Below, piece after piece: positions 23,935 to 32,000 of a stretch of DNA of 32,000 bases. Below the pieces are notes generated by a model. That model made no database searches and was not told the origin of the DNA. It saw only the letters and a list, made by a program, of their open reading frames with translations. Every line of letters starts with the position of its first letter. Within the stretch, counting starts at the first letter, position 1. Position numbers and translations under genes: made by a program. The stretch is from Thermofilum pendens Hrk 5 (GTDB lineage Archaea; Thermoproteota; Thermoprotei; Thermofilales; Thermofilaceae): NCBI RefSeq assembly GCF_000015225.1, contig NC_008698.1:540001-572000 (forward strand), given 5' to 3'.

Positions 23935-25161
23935 TTATATCACTTTAAAGTCGAGGCCCTGGGCTTTAAGCTTTAAGATAAGCATGTCTGCGTACTCTCG
24001 CGAGGGCACCTCGAGGCCTAGCGTAACCTGAGCCATACCCGGGCTTAGCAGCGGGTTTAGCCTCTCGTGCTGTATCTCCACTATGTTCAGCCCGAGCTCG
24101 GAGACAACATCGATGACTTTCTTCAGTTGTCCAGGCTTGTCTGGGAGCACTCCCTGTATCCTCACCTGTCTCCCCTCCGCGTATAGCACCTGTCCTAGGA
24201 TCCTGACTAGGAGCGCGGGGTCTACGTTGCCACCGCTCACTACTGCGACGACCCTTTTGCCCTCTGCACTCACAGCCCCGGAGGTCAGCGCGGCTACGGA
24301 GAGAGCGCCCGCGGGCTCGGCCACAGTCTTCACGCGCTCTAGGAGAAGGAACATGGCCCTCGCTATTTCTCGGTCGTCGACTAGCACTACGTCGTCGACG
24401 AATTCCTCCATTATCCTGAGGGTGAGGTCCCCCGGGCGCTTAACGATAACACCGTCGGCTATGCTGTTGACCTGGGGGGTTTCAACTATCCTTTTCTCGT
24501 GGAAGGAAAGGTACATGGCGGGAGCCCCCCTCGGTTGAACCCCTACGACCTTTACGTCGGGCTTTAGTTTCTTCAAGGCCACTGCTATTCCGGATATGAG
24601 TCCACCGCCACCTACGGGTACTAGTACCAGGTCTACGTTGCTTAAATCTTCGAATATCTCGACTCCTATGGTTCCCTGTCCGGCGATGATGTCGGGATCG
24701 TTGAAGGGGTGCACGAACGGCGAGCCTGTTTTCTCAGCTATTTCTAGCGCCTTCAGGTAAGCGTCGTCGTAGGTTTCTCCGTGGAGGACGACCTCTGCCC
24801 CGTAGCTCTTAGTGGCGTTTACCTTGTAGAAAGGGGTATACCTGGGCATAACGATCGTCGATTTAATGCCTAGCAGGGACGCGGAGTAGGCTACGCCCTG
24901 GGCGTGGTTCCCGGAGCTCGCCGCGACAACGCTTTTCACGCCGCTCCTGGCTAGTTTCTGCAGTTTATAGTACGCTCCTCGAACCTTGAACGCCCCAGTC
25001 TTTTGAAGATTTTCCAGCTTCAGGTAAACTTCCGAGTTCGTTAGGTCTGAGAGAGTCTTCGAAGCCTGCAGAGGAGTCCTATGTATAACGTTTCTCAGAA
25101 CGTCGCGCGCCTCTTTTATCCTAATGCTAAGCTCCTCGAACAGCTTTTCGTCTACAGACAC
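23935..25161 (-). CDS. ilvA: Threonine ammonia-lyase (threonine dehydratase), PLP-dependent, with C-terminal ACT-like regulatory domain
   Basis: Supporting sequence: HRTPLQASKTLSDLTNSEVYLKLENLQKTGAFKVRGA (PLP lysine), SSGNHAQG and PVGGGGLISG. The ORF track extends this gene to 25332. I prefer GTG 25161 (VSVDEKLFEEL...), which lies 22 nt after a CTTTTAT box, because the extension is Arg/Ser-rich junk. Confidence 0.88.
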   Translation of the reverse strand: MSVDEKLFEELSIRIKEARDVLRNVIHRTPLQASKTLSDLTNSEVYLKLENLQKTGAFKVRGAYYKLQKLARSGVKSVVAASSGNHAQGVAYSASLLGIKSTIVMPRYTPFYKVNATKSYGAEVVLHGETYDDAYLKALEIAEKTGSPFVHPFNDPDIIAGQGTIGVEIFEDLSNVDLVLVPVGGGGLISGIAVALKKLKPDVKVVGVQPRGAPAMYLSFHEKRIVETPQVNSIADGVIVKRPGDLTLRIMEEFVDDVVLVDDREIARAMFLLLERVKTVAEPAGALSVAALTSGAVSAEGKRVVAVVSGGNVDPALLVRILGQVLYAEGRQVRIQGVLPDKPGQLKKVIDVVSELGLNIVEIQHERLNPLLSPGMAQVTLGLEVPSREYADMLILKLKAQGLDFKVI

Positions 25162-25347
25162 GTGTACTCTACAAGTTGTGCCGATAAAAGCCTTTGCAGC
25201 GCGCGACGCGCGCGTTGATCCTTGTGAAGAAAAGCGAGAAGTCTTACCGGCCACGAAGCCCCTCCTTAGAAAAGGTAGAAAAATCGGCCTTGTTTTCTCT
25301 TGTTCCTCCTCCCTTGTACAGCTTGCTCGCACCGATTATTGCATCGA

Positions 25348-26328
25348 TCACCTTGAACGTCTATCCTCATCTAGAGGGTACTCCCTAATCTCATTCAGTA
25401 TTTTCTCCGCTCTTCTCTTAACCTCCCATCGGCTTCGGAGTCCATCGGGACCCGGCTTCTCAATCAGGAAGGAGACAGCGGCTGTCGCATAGGCCGCTGC
25501 CTCTCTGTAGTCGCCAAGCCTATGGTACTCGATGGCAAAGACTGTGGTGAATACGTCGCCGGCTCCTGTTCTATCGACAACTCTTGTAGGAAAGCTCGGT
25601 ACGAACAGTACTCTCTGCTTCGTGGCCACGTAAGCTCCACCGGCGCCAAGCGTTACAAGGGCTACCGCCGCGCCCCCCTCTACGATCCTCTTTGCTAGCT
25701 CGGCCGGAGGAAGATCCCCGAAGACCGCCTTCGCCTCCGCTACTTCTGCGTGTACAACATCGGAGAGGGAGATGAGGAGCTTAGCCTCGGGGGTCGATGC
25801 AAGCACTATGCTCCTGTCCTCGGACTGCCTCCTTACGTAGCCTTGTAAATCGCTCACAACGAGAGAAGCGTGCTCGGATATCTCCTGTACGACGCTAGGT
25901 GGGACTTCGCCTATAAGCGCGCCTATCACCGCTATGTTGCCCTTAAGCTTATCGAGAGGCACGTCGCTCGACAGTATATCCTCGCACCTCGAGAGGAGGT
26001 AGAGGACACGCTCTCCTCCCTCCCTGTACACGAGCTTAAACTTTGTCGTAGGAAGGTACCTTGAAAGCCTCACGTAGCTTAAGTCGACGTTGTTTCTGCC
26101 CAGGTACATCAGGTATTCGTCGGGAAAGTCTCTCCCAACCTTCGACACGACGTGTGGCGTTGCGTTGTGCCTGATAGCGGCTAGCGAACCAAACGTGACC
26201 GTTCCCCCTAGGCTTCGCCTCATGTTTCCTCCTTCCACGACTATATCCACAGTGAGGTGACCGATCAAGTAGACGTCCACTTTGAGTCCCCACAAACACG
26301 TGAGCCTCCTTAAATAAATCTCTCGCAT
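25348..26328 (-). CDS. PfkB-family carbohydrate/nucleoside kinase, substrate unknown
   Basis: There is a ribokinase-like fold signature, including the C-terminal TGAGDVFTTVFAIEY (DTxGAGD-type) motif. The N-terminus is VYLIGHLTVDIV. The start is uncertain: ATG 26328 or GTG 26280. Confidence 0.82.
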   Translation of the reverse strand: MREIYLRRLTCLWGLKVDVYLIGHLTVDIVVEGGNMRRSLGGTVTFGSLAAIRHNATPHVVSKVGRDFPDEYLMYLGRNNVDLSYVRLSRYLPTTKFKLVYREGGERVLYLLSRCEDILSSDVPLDKLKGNIAVIGALIGEVPPSVVQEISEHASLVVSDLQGYVRRQSEDRSIVLASTPEAKLLISLSDVVHAEVAEAKAVFGDLPPAELAKRIVEGGAAVALVTLGAGGAYVATKQRVLFVPSFPTRVVDRTGAGDVFTTVFAIEYHRLGDYREAAAYATAAVSFLIEKPGPDGLRSRWEVKRRAEKILNEIREYPLDEDRRSR

Positions 26329-26480
26329 TAGGGAGAAGAGTGAGGAGTAACCTACGGGCTAAAAAGTGGGCTGGCAGAGTACATACACTCAGTAGCGCGC
26401 GATACGCGCGCGAGTGCGCGAGAAAAAGGCGCCCCGGCCCCCTCCTTGCGCGCACATGTGACCCTTCCGCGCGCAGAAAG

Positions 26481-26488
26481 TATAAAAA
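26481..26488 (+). promoter_or_regulatory. TATA box upstream of aEF-2
   Basis: GAAAGTATAAAAACC lies 49 nt before ATG 26537, implying a leader of about 25 nt that contains GAGG. Confidence 0.5.
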
Positions 26489-26536
26489 CCGTTGAAGTAA
26501 TCGGGATTTGCTGTAAAGGTATAGAGGCGTGTTGGG

Positions 26537-28741
26537 ATGGTGCGGTACAAGCAGGTATCCGACATCGTAAAAATAATGAGAAACGTAGAGCAAGTGCGGA
26601 ATATAGGTACGCTTGCACACGTAGACCACGGCAAGACCACGACTTCCGACTCTCTGTTAATGGGTGCGGGGATACTTAGCCCGAAGGCAGCTGGACAGGC
26701 ACTAGCACTGGACTATGTAGAGATAGAGCAGCTCAGACAAATGACAGTTAAAGCGGCAAACGTCTCGCTCTACCACGAGTGGGAGGGCAAACCCTACGTC
26801 ATTAACCTGGTCGATACGCCCGGACACGTTGACTTCACGGGGCATGTGACTAGGAGCCTGAGGATGATGGACGGAGGTATAGTCGTTGTAGATGCTGTTG
26901 AAGGCGTAATGACGCAGACGGAGACCGTGGTTAGGCAAGCTCTCTCCGAGTATGTGCGCCCCTTGCTCTACATAAACAAGGTTGACAGGCTGATAAAGGA
27001 GCTTAGGCTTGAACCCAGGGAGATACAGCAGAGGTTCGTGGAGATTGTCAAGGAGTTCAACGCGTTGATCGAGCTCTACGCAGATAAAGAGTTCAAGGAC
27101 AAGTGGAAGGTGGACTTTGCTAAAGGACAGGTAGCCTTTGGTAGCGCGTTACACAAGTGGGGCCTTACAGTCCCCATAGCGACTCAAAAAGGAGTAAAGT
27201 TCGACTATATCATCGACGCTTACCTTAGAGACGAGAAGGATAAACTGGCAGAAGAGTTTCCGCTTTACGTAGCGCTACTGGACATGGTCGTTGAGCACAT
27301 ACCTAACCCGCGGGAGGCGCAGAAATACAGGGTTCCCAAGCTCTGGAAGGGAGACCTTAACAGCGAGATAGGTAAAGCCATGCTGGAATGCGACCCGGAC
27401 GGGCCTACCGTTGTCGCTGTAAGCAAGATAACCGTAGATCCACACGCTGGGCACGTCGCTACGGGCAGGGTCTTCTCTGGGACCGTAACGGAGGGACAGG
27501 AAGTCTACCTGCTGAACGCGAAGGACTCTGCGAAGGTACTTCAGGTAGGGCTTTACATGGGACCCTACAGGGAGAAGACCGAGCAGATTTCAGCCGGAAA
27601 CATTGTCGCAATGCTGGGACTAGACAAGGCGAGGGCGGGAGAAACCGTCGTTGACATAAAGTACAAGGACGTGATGACTCCCTTCGAGCACCTAGCATAC
27701 GTTGCTGAGCCTGTAGTCACGATAGCTGTGGAGCCGAAGAAGAGTAGCGACCTTCCGAAGCTCGTAGACGTTTTGAGGAAGCTCGCCATAGAGGATCCGA
27801 CGCTAAAGGTGTACATAAACCAGGAAACCGGGGAGTACTTGTTGAGCGGGGTTGGAACCTTACACCTCGAGATTACCCTCTGGGAGCTTAAGCAAAGAAC
27901 AGGAATAGAAATAGTTACTTCACCGCCGATCGTGAGGTACAGGGAGACTGTCCGCGAGAAAGGACAGGTATTCGAAGGGAAGTCTCCGAACAAGCACAAC
28001 AAACTATACTTCTACGTGGAACCGCTTAACGAGGAAACAATAAAGCTCATGCAGGAGGGCAAAGTATACCCGGACCAGGACTGGCGCGAAAGGGCTACTC
28101 TGCTCAGGGAATACGCTGGATGGGACACCGACGAGGCACGCAATATATGGGACATCGATGAGAACTTCAACGTCATAGTAAACAAGACAAGCGGTATCCA
28201 ATACCTCAGGGAAGTGAAAGACACCATTATACAGGGCTTCAGGTGGACCATGGAGGCAGGACCCCTGGCACAGGAACCGGTAAGGGGTGTGAAGGTAGTT
28301 CTAGTAGATGCGGTGCTCCACGAGGATCCAGCGCACAGAGGACCGGCGCAGATAATGCCGGCTACAAAGAACAGTATCATGGCATCCTTACTCTCCGCGA
28401 AGCCCACGCTTCTAGAGCCGATACTCAAGGTCGACGTGAAAGTGCCCACGCAGCATGTAAGCGGCGTACTAACCGTGCTTAACAGGCACAGGGGGAGAAT
28501 ACTCTCGATGGAGGAGAGAGGCATGGTCATGCGGGTGCTGGCAGAGCTCCCCGTGGCAGAAAGCTTCAACATTGCAGACGAAATGCGAGAAGCAACTCAG
28601 GGTAGAGCCTTCTTTGCCTACGAGTTCTACAAGTGGGCGCCGGTACCATCCTCACAACTCGAACAGATAGCATTAGCAATCAGGGAGAGAAAGGGTCTAC
28701 CCAAGAAGCTACCAACAATTGAGGAGTTCTTAGGACCCTAA
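26537..28741 (+). CDS. fusA: Translation elongation factor 2 (aEF-2)
   Basis: The G-domain motifs are AHVDHGKTT, DTPGHVDF and NKVD. The diphthamide region VLHEDPAHRGPAQ is present. The length is 734 aa. Confidence 0.97.
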   Translation: MVRYKQVSDIVKIMRNVEQVRNIGTLAHVDHGKTTTSDSLLMGAGILSPKAAGQALALDYVEIEQLRQMTVKAANVSLYHEWEGKPYVINLVDTPGHVDFTGHVTRSLRMMDGGIVVVDAVEGVMTQTETVVRQALSEYVRPLLYINKVDRLIKELRLEPREIQQRFVEIVKEFNALIELYADKEFKDKWKVDFAKGQVAFGSALHKWGLTVPIATQKGVKFDYIIDAYLRDEKDKLAEEFPLYVALLDMVVEHIPNPREAQKYRVPKLWKGDLNSEIGKAMLECDPDGPTVVAVSKITVDPHAGHVATGRVFSGTVTEGQEVYLLNAKDSAKVLQVGLYMGPYREKTEQISAGNIVAMLGLDKARAGETVVDIKYKDVMTPFEHLAYVAEPVVTIAVEPKKSSDLPKLVDVLRKLAIEDPTLKVYINQETGEYLLSGVGTLHLEITLWELKQRTGIEIVTSPPIVRYRETVREKGQVFEGKSPNKHNKLYFYVEPLNEETIKLMQEGKVYPDQDWRERATLLREYAGWDTDEARNIWDIDENFNVIVNKTSGIQYLREVKDTIIQGFRWTMEAGPLAQEPVRGVKVVLVDAVLHEDPAHRGPAQIMPATKNSIMASLLSAKPTLLEPILKVDVKVPTQHVSGVLTVLNRHRGRILSMEERGMVMRVLAELPVAESFNIADEMREATQGRAFFAYEFYKWAPVPSSQLEQIALAIRERKGLPKKLPTIEEFLGP

Positions 28742-28934
28742 ACCTGGAAAGCAGGGTCTTTTGCACCTCTTTCATATATGCCTGTGTACTTGTTGTTCGT
28801 TGCGAAGGCCTAAAGGTTTCAGGGAAGGATATAGGCAACTTTTCAGACGTTCGATCTAACTCATCAAGGCGTGGGTCTATAGGGAGATTAAAGAGAAAAA
28901 GCGCCCGACCTCTTCCTACAGGTGAGCGCGTAAG

Positions 28935-28942
28935 TATTATAA
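28935..28942 (+). promoter_or_regulatory. TATA box upstream of the membrane glycoprotein gene
   Basis: TATTATAA is flanked by a direct repeat AGCGCGTA (28925-28932 and 28942-28949). Confidence 0.45.
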
Positions 28943-29006
28943 GCGCGTATGTGTGGTAGGGTAAGGATTCCTAGCGTGCGAGGTGAAGTGTTTGAAGAGG
29001 ACTACG

Positions 29007-30605
29007 ATGGGCTCTGGACTTCCGCGAGCAGTGACGGCGCTTACCCTAGTGATGCTTCTTGCCTTTACAAGTATGGCTACCGGGGAGGCAACGGTGGCGT
29101 TGGCGACTGCGAGTGTCTCGGGCAGGGTAGAGTACGGCTACGCTCTAGTATTCGTAAACCTGGATTTAAAGCAACCGGTGAACTCGTTGAGGTTTAACCT
29201 CTCTAAGTACAAGGACTATCTAGTCCTGGCGGTAGCGCGGGCCGGTAACGCTGTCGTAAAAGCAAACGTGGATGGGGACTTCGCGGTATTCGTTTTCCCA
29301 GCCCCCTACTCTAAGGTAAACGTAACCTTCGTGTTTGACTCTCTCTCCGTTGAAGATGGCACCGTAAAGGTGCTTTTCCCTGTTCCTTTGTCACCGGCGG
29401 GTTTCATTTGCAATGTAACTGGGAGGATCTTTCTACCCCAGGTCACTGGGATTAAGACCTCTTATGGAAACGTCGCGGGCACAGGCGTCAGCTACAATAG
29501 AACTGTCCTTCCGGCGACCTTGGACCTTGTAGCCGGCAATGCCTCTTCTACGAGCCTGCAGTTATACAAGGTGACGTACCTCCAGAGGCAGATACTGATA
29601 GAGGACGGTAAAGCCGTTTTCAACGACACAATAACCGTTAGGTCTCTATCGGACGCTTGGGTGGAGGCCTTGGGCTTTAACCTGCCAAAGAACGCCGCAC
29701 TTGAAGGCGTCTACTGGGGGTTCGGTAAGGTTCCAAGTAGGTATATTAGCACCTATAGCGGCAACGCCTCCACACTCGTAATGTACAGCCTTCTATCCTC
29801 TCTACAGTCTAGGGGTCAGGAGACGACGTTCTCGGTGGTCTACAGCATGAAGTTCAATAACAGTGTGCCGGCTTTCATGGGCTTGGGCTTTCTCGTAAAG
29901 AACTACTCTGTGAGCATCTGCTTGAGGGGTTTAGCGCGTATAGACGGCAACGTTCTAGCGGAAAGCGTGGAGGGGGATGTTCACTGCTATTTCCTGAAGC
30001 CCGTTGGCCCCCTCTTTCTAAGCGATACGTATCAGCCGGTACAAGTATCCGCTACCTTTGCCTCAAAGAGTGCAGGCGTACCACTCGGAGTCTACCTGCT
30101 GGCTGTACTGGTGCTTCTACTAGTAATGGGAGCGGTTTACTACAGCTCGAGAAGGCGCATCTCGGAGGCAAAGGCGGAGGCCTTGGAGAAGTCGCTGTCC
30201 CAGAGGCGGGGACTCGAAGAGCTGGAAAGGATACTGGTAAGCCGTGAGAGAGCCTTGGAGGAGCTCGTCGAGCAGCTAAGGGATCTCCGGGGAAGAAAAG
30301 CCGGTATAACTAAGGTGACTTCCGTTCTAAGACTTATGGAGCAGAGGAACAGGGAGTACGACAAGTTGCTCAGGGATGCGCTTAAAGGCCTCGAGGGTGA
30401 CTGGTCGAAGATTTTCTCCGAGCTAGACGAATTTGCGAGAATGGTTGAAGAAAAGATCCGAGAACTCGAGAAAATAGAAAGGGCGTATAGGTCGGGTAGA
30501 CTCGCCAAGAAAGAGTACGTTGAAAGCGCCGAGAAAATAGAGGAGGAAATCCTGAGCCTTGCTCGCGAATTTACAAGAAGAGTCACCAGGCTGCTTAGCG
30601 CCTAA
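29007..30605 (+). CDS. Uncharacterised type I membrane protein: signal peptide, sequon-rich ectodomain, one TM helix, about 150-aa cytoplasmic coiled coil
   Basis: The ORF track starts at GTG 28983; ATG 29007 is preceded by GAGG at 6 nt. The signal-like N-terminus is GLPRAVTALTLVMLLAFTSMATGEA. There are nine N-x-S/T sequons (NLS, NVT x2, NRT, NAS x2, NDT, NNS, NYS). The TM helix is VPLGVYLLAVLVLLLVMGAVYY followed by SSRRR, and the tail is E/R/K/L-rich with heptad character. Confidence 0.75.
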   Translation: MGSGLPRAVTALTLVMLLAFTSMATGEATVALATASVSGRVEYGYALVFVNLDLKQPVNSLRFNLSKYKDYLVLAVARAGNAVVKANVDGDFAVFVFPAPYSKVNVTFVFDSLSVEDGTVKVLFPVPLSPAGFICNVTGRIFLPQVTGIKTSYGNVAGTGVSYNRTVLPATLDLVAGNASSTSLQLYKVTYLQRQILIEDGKAVFNDTITVRSLSDAWVEALGFNLPKNAALEGVYWGFGKVPSRYISTYSGNASTLVMYSLLSSLQSRGQETTFSVVYSMKFNNSVPAFMGLGFLVKNYSVSICLRGLARIDGNVLAESVEGDVHCYFLKPVGPLFLSDTYQPVQVSATFASKSAGVPLGVYLLAVLVLLLVMGAVYYSSRRRISEAKAEALEKSLSQRRGLEELERILVSRERALEELVEQLRDLRGRKAGITKVTSVLRLMEQRNREYDKLLRDALKGLEGDWSKIFSELDEFARMVEEKIRELEKIERAYRSGRLAKKEYVESAEKIEEEILSLAREFTRRVTRLLSA

Positions 30606-30645
30606 CTCTTCTCATGGTATAACTTAGAGTAATACAAAGCAACGG

Positions 30646-30653
30646 TTTTATTT
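30646..30653 (+). promoter_or_regulatory. TATA-like box for metG
   Basis: TTTTATTT ends 26 nt upstream of GTG 30679. Confidence 0.45.
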
Positions 30654-30678
30654 CAGCGCGCACCGCGCAGAGATAGCG

Positions 30679-32000
30679 GTGGTCTACTTGGGTGATAAGG
30701 CTAGGCGCAAGTGGCTAGTACTCGCCGCGTGGCCCTATGCGTACGGAGTACCACACCTCGGTAACCTCATAGGCTCGGTGCTCTCGGCAGACGTTGCCGC
30801 TAGGTTCCTGAGGTTAGCGGGGGATGAAGTGGTCTTCGTTTCTGGCTCTGACATGCACGGTACGCCTATCGAGGTTGAAGCTTTGAAGCGGGGAGAAAGC
30901 CCCAAGGATTTGGCGGAGCGGAACCACGAAAAAATTAAGGAGCTTTTCGAGAGGTGGGAGATAAGCTTCGATAACTACTCTAAGACTGAGAGTCCCACGC
31001 ACATAAAGTTCGTCCAGGATTTCTACAGGAGGGTCTACGAAAACGGGTACGTTTTCTCGGATACCGTGCAACTGTACTACTGTCCTAAGGACAAGATATT
31101 TCTCCCCGACCGCTACATAGTAGGCACGTGCCCGTATTGCGGCTACGACCGTGCATACGGCGATCAATGTGAGAACTGCGGGCGCTTGCTCGAACCTACC
31201 CTTCTCCTGAACCCCAGGTGTGCAATATGTGGGTCAACGCCCGAGCTTAGGACTACTACACACTGGTTCTTCGACCTTCCGAAGCTGACGGATGCCTTGA
31301 AGCGGTACATCGAAGAAAACGAAAACCTCCCTCCAAACGCGCGCAACATGAGCCTCCAGATACTGAGGGACGGGTTAAAACCGCGAGCCCTCACACGAGA
31401 CAACAAGTGGGGCATACCGGCACCCTTTCCTGGGGCCGAGGATAAGACAATCTATGTTTGGATGGAGGCAGTGCTAGGATACATCTCGGCTACAATAGAG
31501 TACTTCGCCTCGAAGGGAGAGCCGGAGAAGTGGAAGGAGTTCTGGCTCGACCCGGAGACGAGGAGCGTATACTTCATAGGAAAAGATAACATACCTTTCC
31601 ATACGTTGATCCTTCCAGCGTTGCTTATTGCGAGCGGGGAGAAGTACGTTCTGCCGTGGACCGTGGCCTCCACGGAGTACTTACTCTTCAGGGGGTTGAA
31701 GTTCTCGAAGAGTCGAAGGATTGGTGTCTGGATTGACGAAGCGCTGGAAGTCTTCCCGGCGGATTACTGGAGATTCGTACTCGTCTCTCTTAGACCGGAG
31801 CAGAAAGACATGAGCTTCACGTGGGAGGAGTTCCTCAGAATAGTGAACAACGACCTTAACGACAATATTGGGAACTTTGTGCACAGAGTGCTGGTGCTTG
31901 TGCAGAGAAAATTCGGAGGCATAGCGCCAGCTCCCCTGGACTTCGCAGATGAGGACTTGAAGTTCAGGGAGGAGATCCTGGCGAGATCCCGTGAAGTCGC
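30679..32000 (+). CDS. metG: Methionyl-tRNA synthetase, N-terminal part (gene continues past the right window edge)
   Basis: Absent from the ORF track because it has no stop in the window. The frame opens after TAG 30625-30627, and the start is GTG 30679 or TTG 30688. The translation reads ...[55 protein letters not shown]...CPYCG...CENCG...CAICG...[10 protein letters not shown]...KFSKSRRIG, giving a HIGH-like PHLGN, zinc knuckles and a KMSKS-like KFSKS. It stays open to base 32000. Confidence 0.9.
   Translation, partial: MVYLGDKARRKWLVLAAWPYAYGVPHLGNLIGSVLSADVAARFLRLAGDEVVFVSGSDMHGTPIEVEALKRGESPKDLAERNHEKIKELFERWEISFDNYSKTESPTHIKFVQDFYRRVYENGYVFSDTVQLYYCPKDKIFLPDRYIVGTCPYCGYDRAYGDQCENCGRLLEPTLLLNPRCAICGSTPELRTTTHWFFDLPKLTDALKRYIEENENLPPNARNMSLQILRDGLKPRALTRDNKWGIPAPFPGAEDKTIYVWMEAVLGYISATIEYFASKGEPEKWKEFWLDPETRSVYFIGKDNIPFHTLILPALLIASGEKYVLPWTVASTEYLLFRGLKFSKSRRIGVWIDEALEVFPADYWRFVLVSLRPEQKDMSFTWEEFLRIVNNDLNDNIGNFVHRVLVLVQRKFGGIAPAPLDFADEDLKFREEILARSREV

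Noticed and set aside
25162-25332. 57-codon N-terminal extension of the threonine dehydratase ORF
   Set aside because: The extension (MRASCTREEEQEKTRPIFLPFLRRGFVAGKTSRFSSQGSTRASRAAKAF...) has no counterpart in the family. The GTG at 25161 gives the usual length of about 408 aa and has a TATA-like box 22 nt upstream.
26395-26420. Alternating (GC)n tracts and GC palindromes (GCGCGCGATACGCGCGCGAGTGCGCG here, GCGCGCGACGCGCGC at 25199-25213, CACATGTG at 26453-26460)
   Set aside because: Alternating GC is trivially self-complementary, and similar runs occur inside coding regions (for example 12894-12906). I could not separate a specific site from compositional noise. It is mentioned only as context in the pfkB/ilvA finding.
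26036-26679. Track ORFs 26036-26629, 26352-26618, 26389-26640 (minus) and 26446-26679 (plus) across the pfkB/aEF-2 intergenic region
   Set aside because: They overlap each other, the pfkB 5' end and the aEF-2 5' end. Their translations are Arg/His/Leu-rich junk. The region is better explained as divergent promoters.
28819-28867. Second possible C/D box sRNA on the minus strand (UUGAUGA ... CUGA ... CUGA, 49 nt)
   Set aside because: The overall length and the terminal C and D boxes fit. However, the internal CUGA is 14 nt from the C box, there is no recognisable C' box, the C box starts with U rather than a purine, and there is no downstream T-run. This is too weak to call, though worth including in a covariance-model scan.
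30814-31884. Four minus-strand track ORFs (30814-31167, 31164-31415, 31452-31673, 31681-31884)
   Set aside because: All are antisense to the plus-strand metG frame, which is unbroken and motif-rich. The track omitted metG only because it lacks a stop codon in the window.
1-32000. Search for CRISPR arrays, transposases, integrases, prophage, toxin-antitoxin or defence-island genes
   Set aside because: I saw no regularly spaced direct repeats. No ORF has a recognisable transposase, integrase, nuclease-helicase or defence signature. Apart from three unassigned proteins, every sizeable ORF has a confident housekeeping or metabolic assignment. The tRNA-Leu flanks carry no integrase gene.

Overview
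This window reads as ordinary core chromosome of a hyperthermophilic crenarchaeon. My guess is Desulfurococcales, Ignicoccus/Pyrodictiaceae-like, but that cannot be verified without a database search. The supporting evidence is archaea-specific genes (TiaS, isopentenyl phosphate kinase, aEF-2, L6P), a tRNA with a non-canonical bulge-helix-bulge intron, A/T-rich TATA-like boxes about 25-31 nt upstream of many start codons, and E/K/R/V-rich proteins. I call 27 protein-coding genes, one tRNA-Leu(CAA) and one candidate C/D box sRNA. Two genes are truncated at the window edges and absent from the ORF track: trpS on the left and metG on the right. The main functional block is an Isp-type membrane-bound [NiFe] uptake hydrogenase locus: hynS-hynL-isp1-isp2, then hypA plus an Mrp/MinD-type ATPase, with a divergently transcribed endopeptidase operon. 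The other genes are PEP synthase, MoaA, a LivGFHM-type ABC importer with no binding-protein gene, a fused ADP-forming acetyl-CoA synthetase, YjbQ, TiaS, GGPP synthase plus IPK, an orphan rpl6, a PfkB kinase - threonine dehydratase - RidA cluster, aEF-2, and an uncharacterised sequon-rich type I membrane protein with a long cytoplasmic coiled coil. I see no CRISPR array, transposase, integrase, toxin-antitoxin pair or recognisable defence gene, and I cannot honestly point to a convincing new multi-gene system. Six items look most unusual. (1) The hydrogenase small subunit reads C-A-G-N where the canonical proximal-cluster motif is C-x-G-C. (2) A degenerate endopeptidase-like paralogue overlaps the real maturation protease gene. 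(3) The tRNA-Leu intron lies in the anticodon stem. (4) A well-formed C/D box sRNA candidate has its own TATA box. (5) A purine-rich/GGGCGCC/T-run motif recurs in intergenic regions. (6) Two coding-looking frames lack usable start codons. Several long ORFs in the supplied track are antisense shadows or N-terminal over-extensions.
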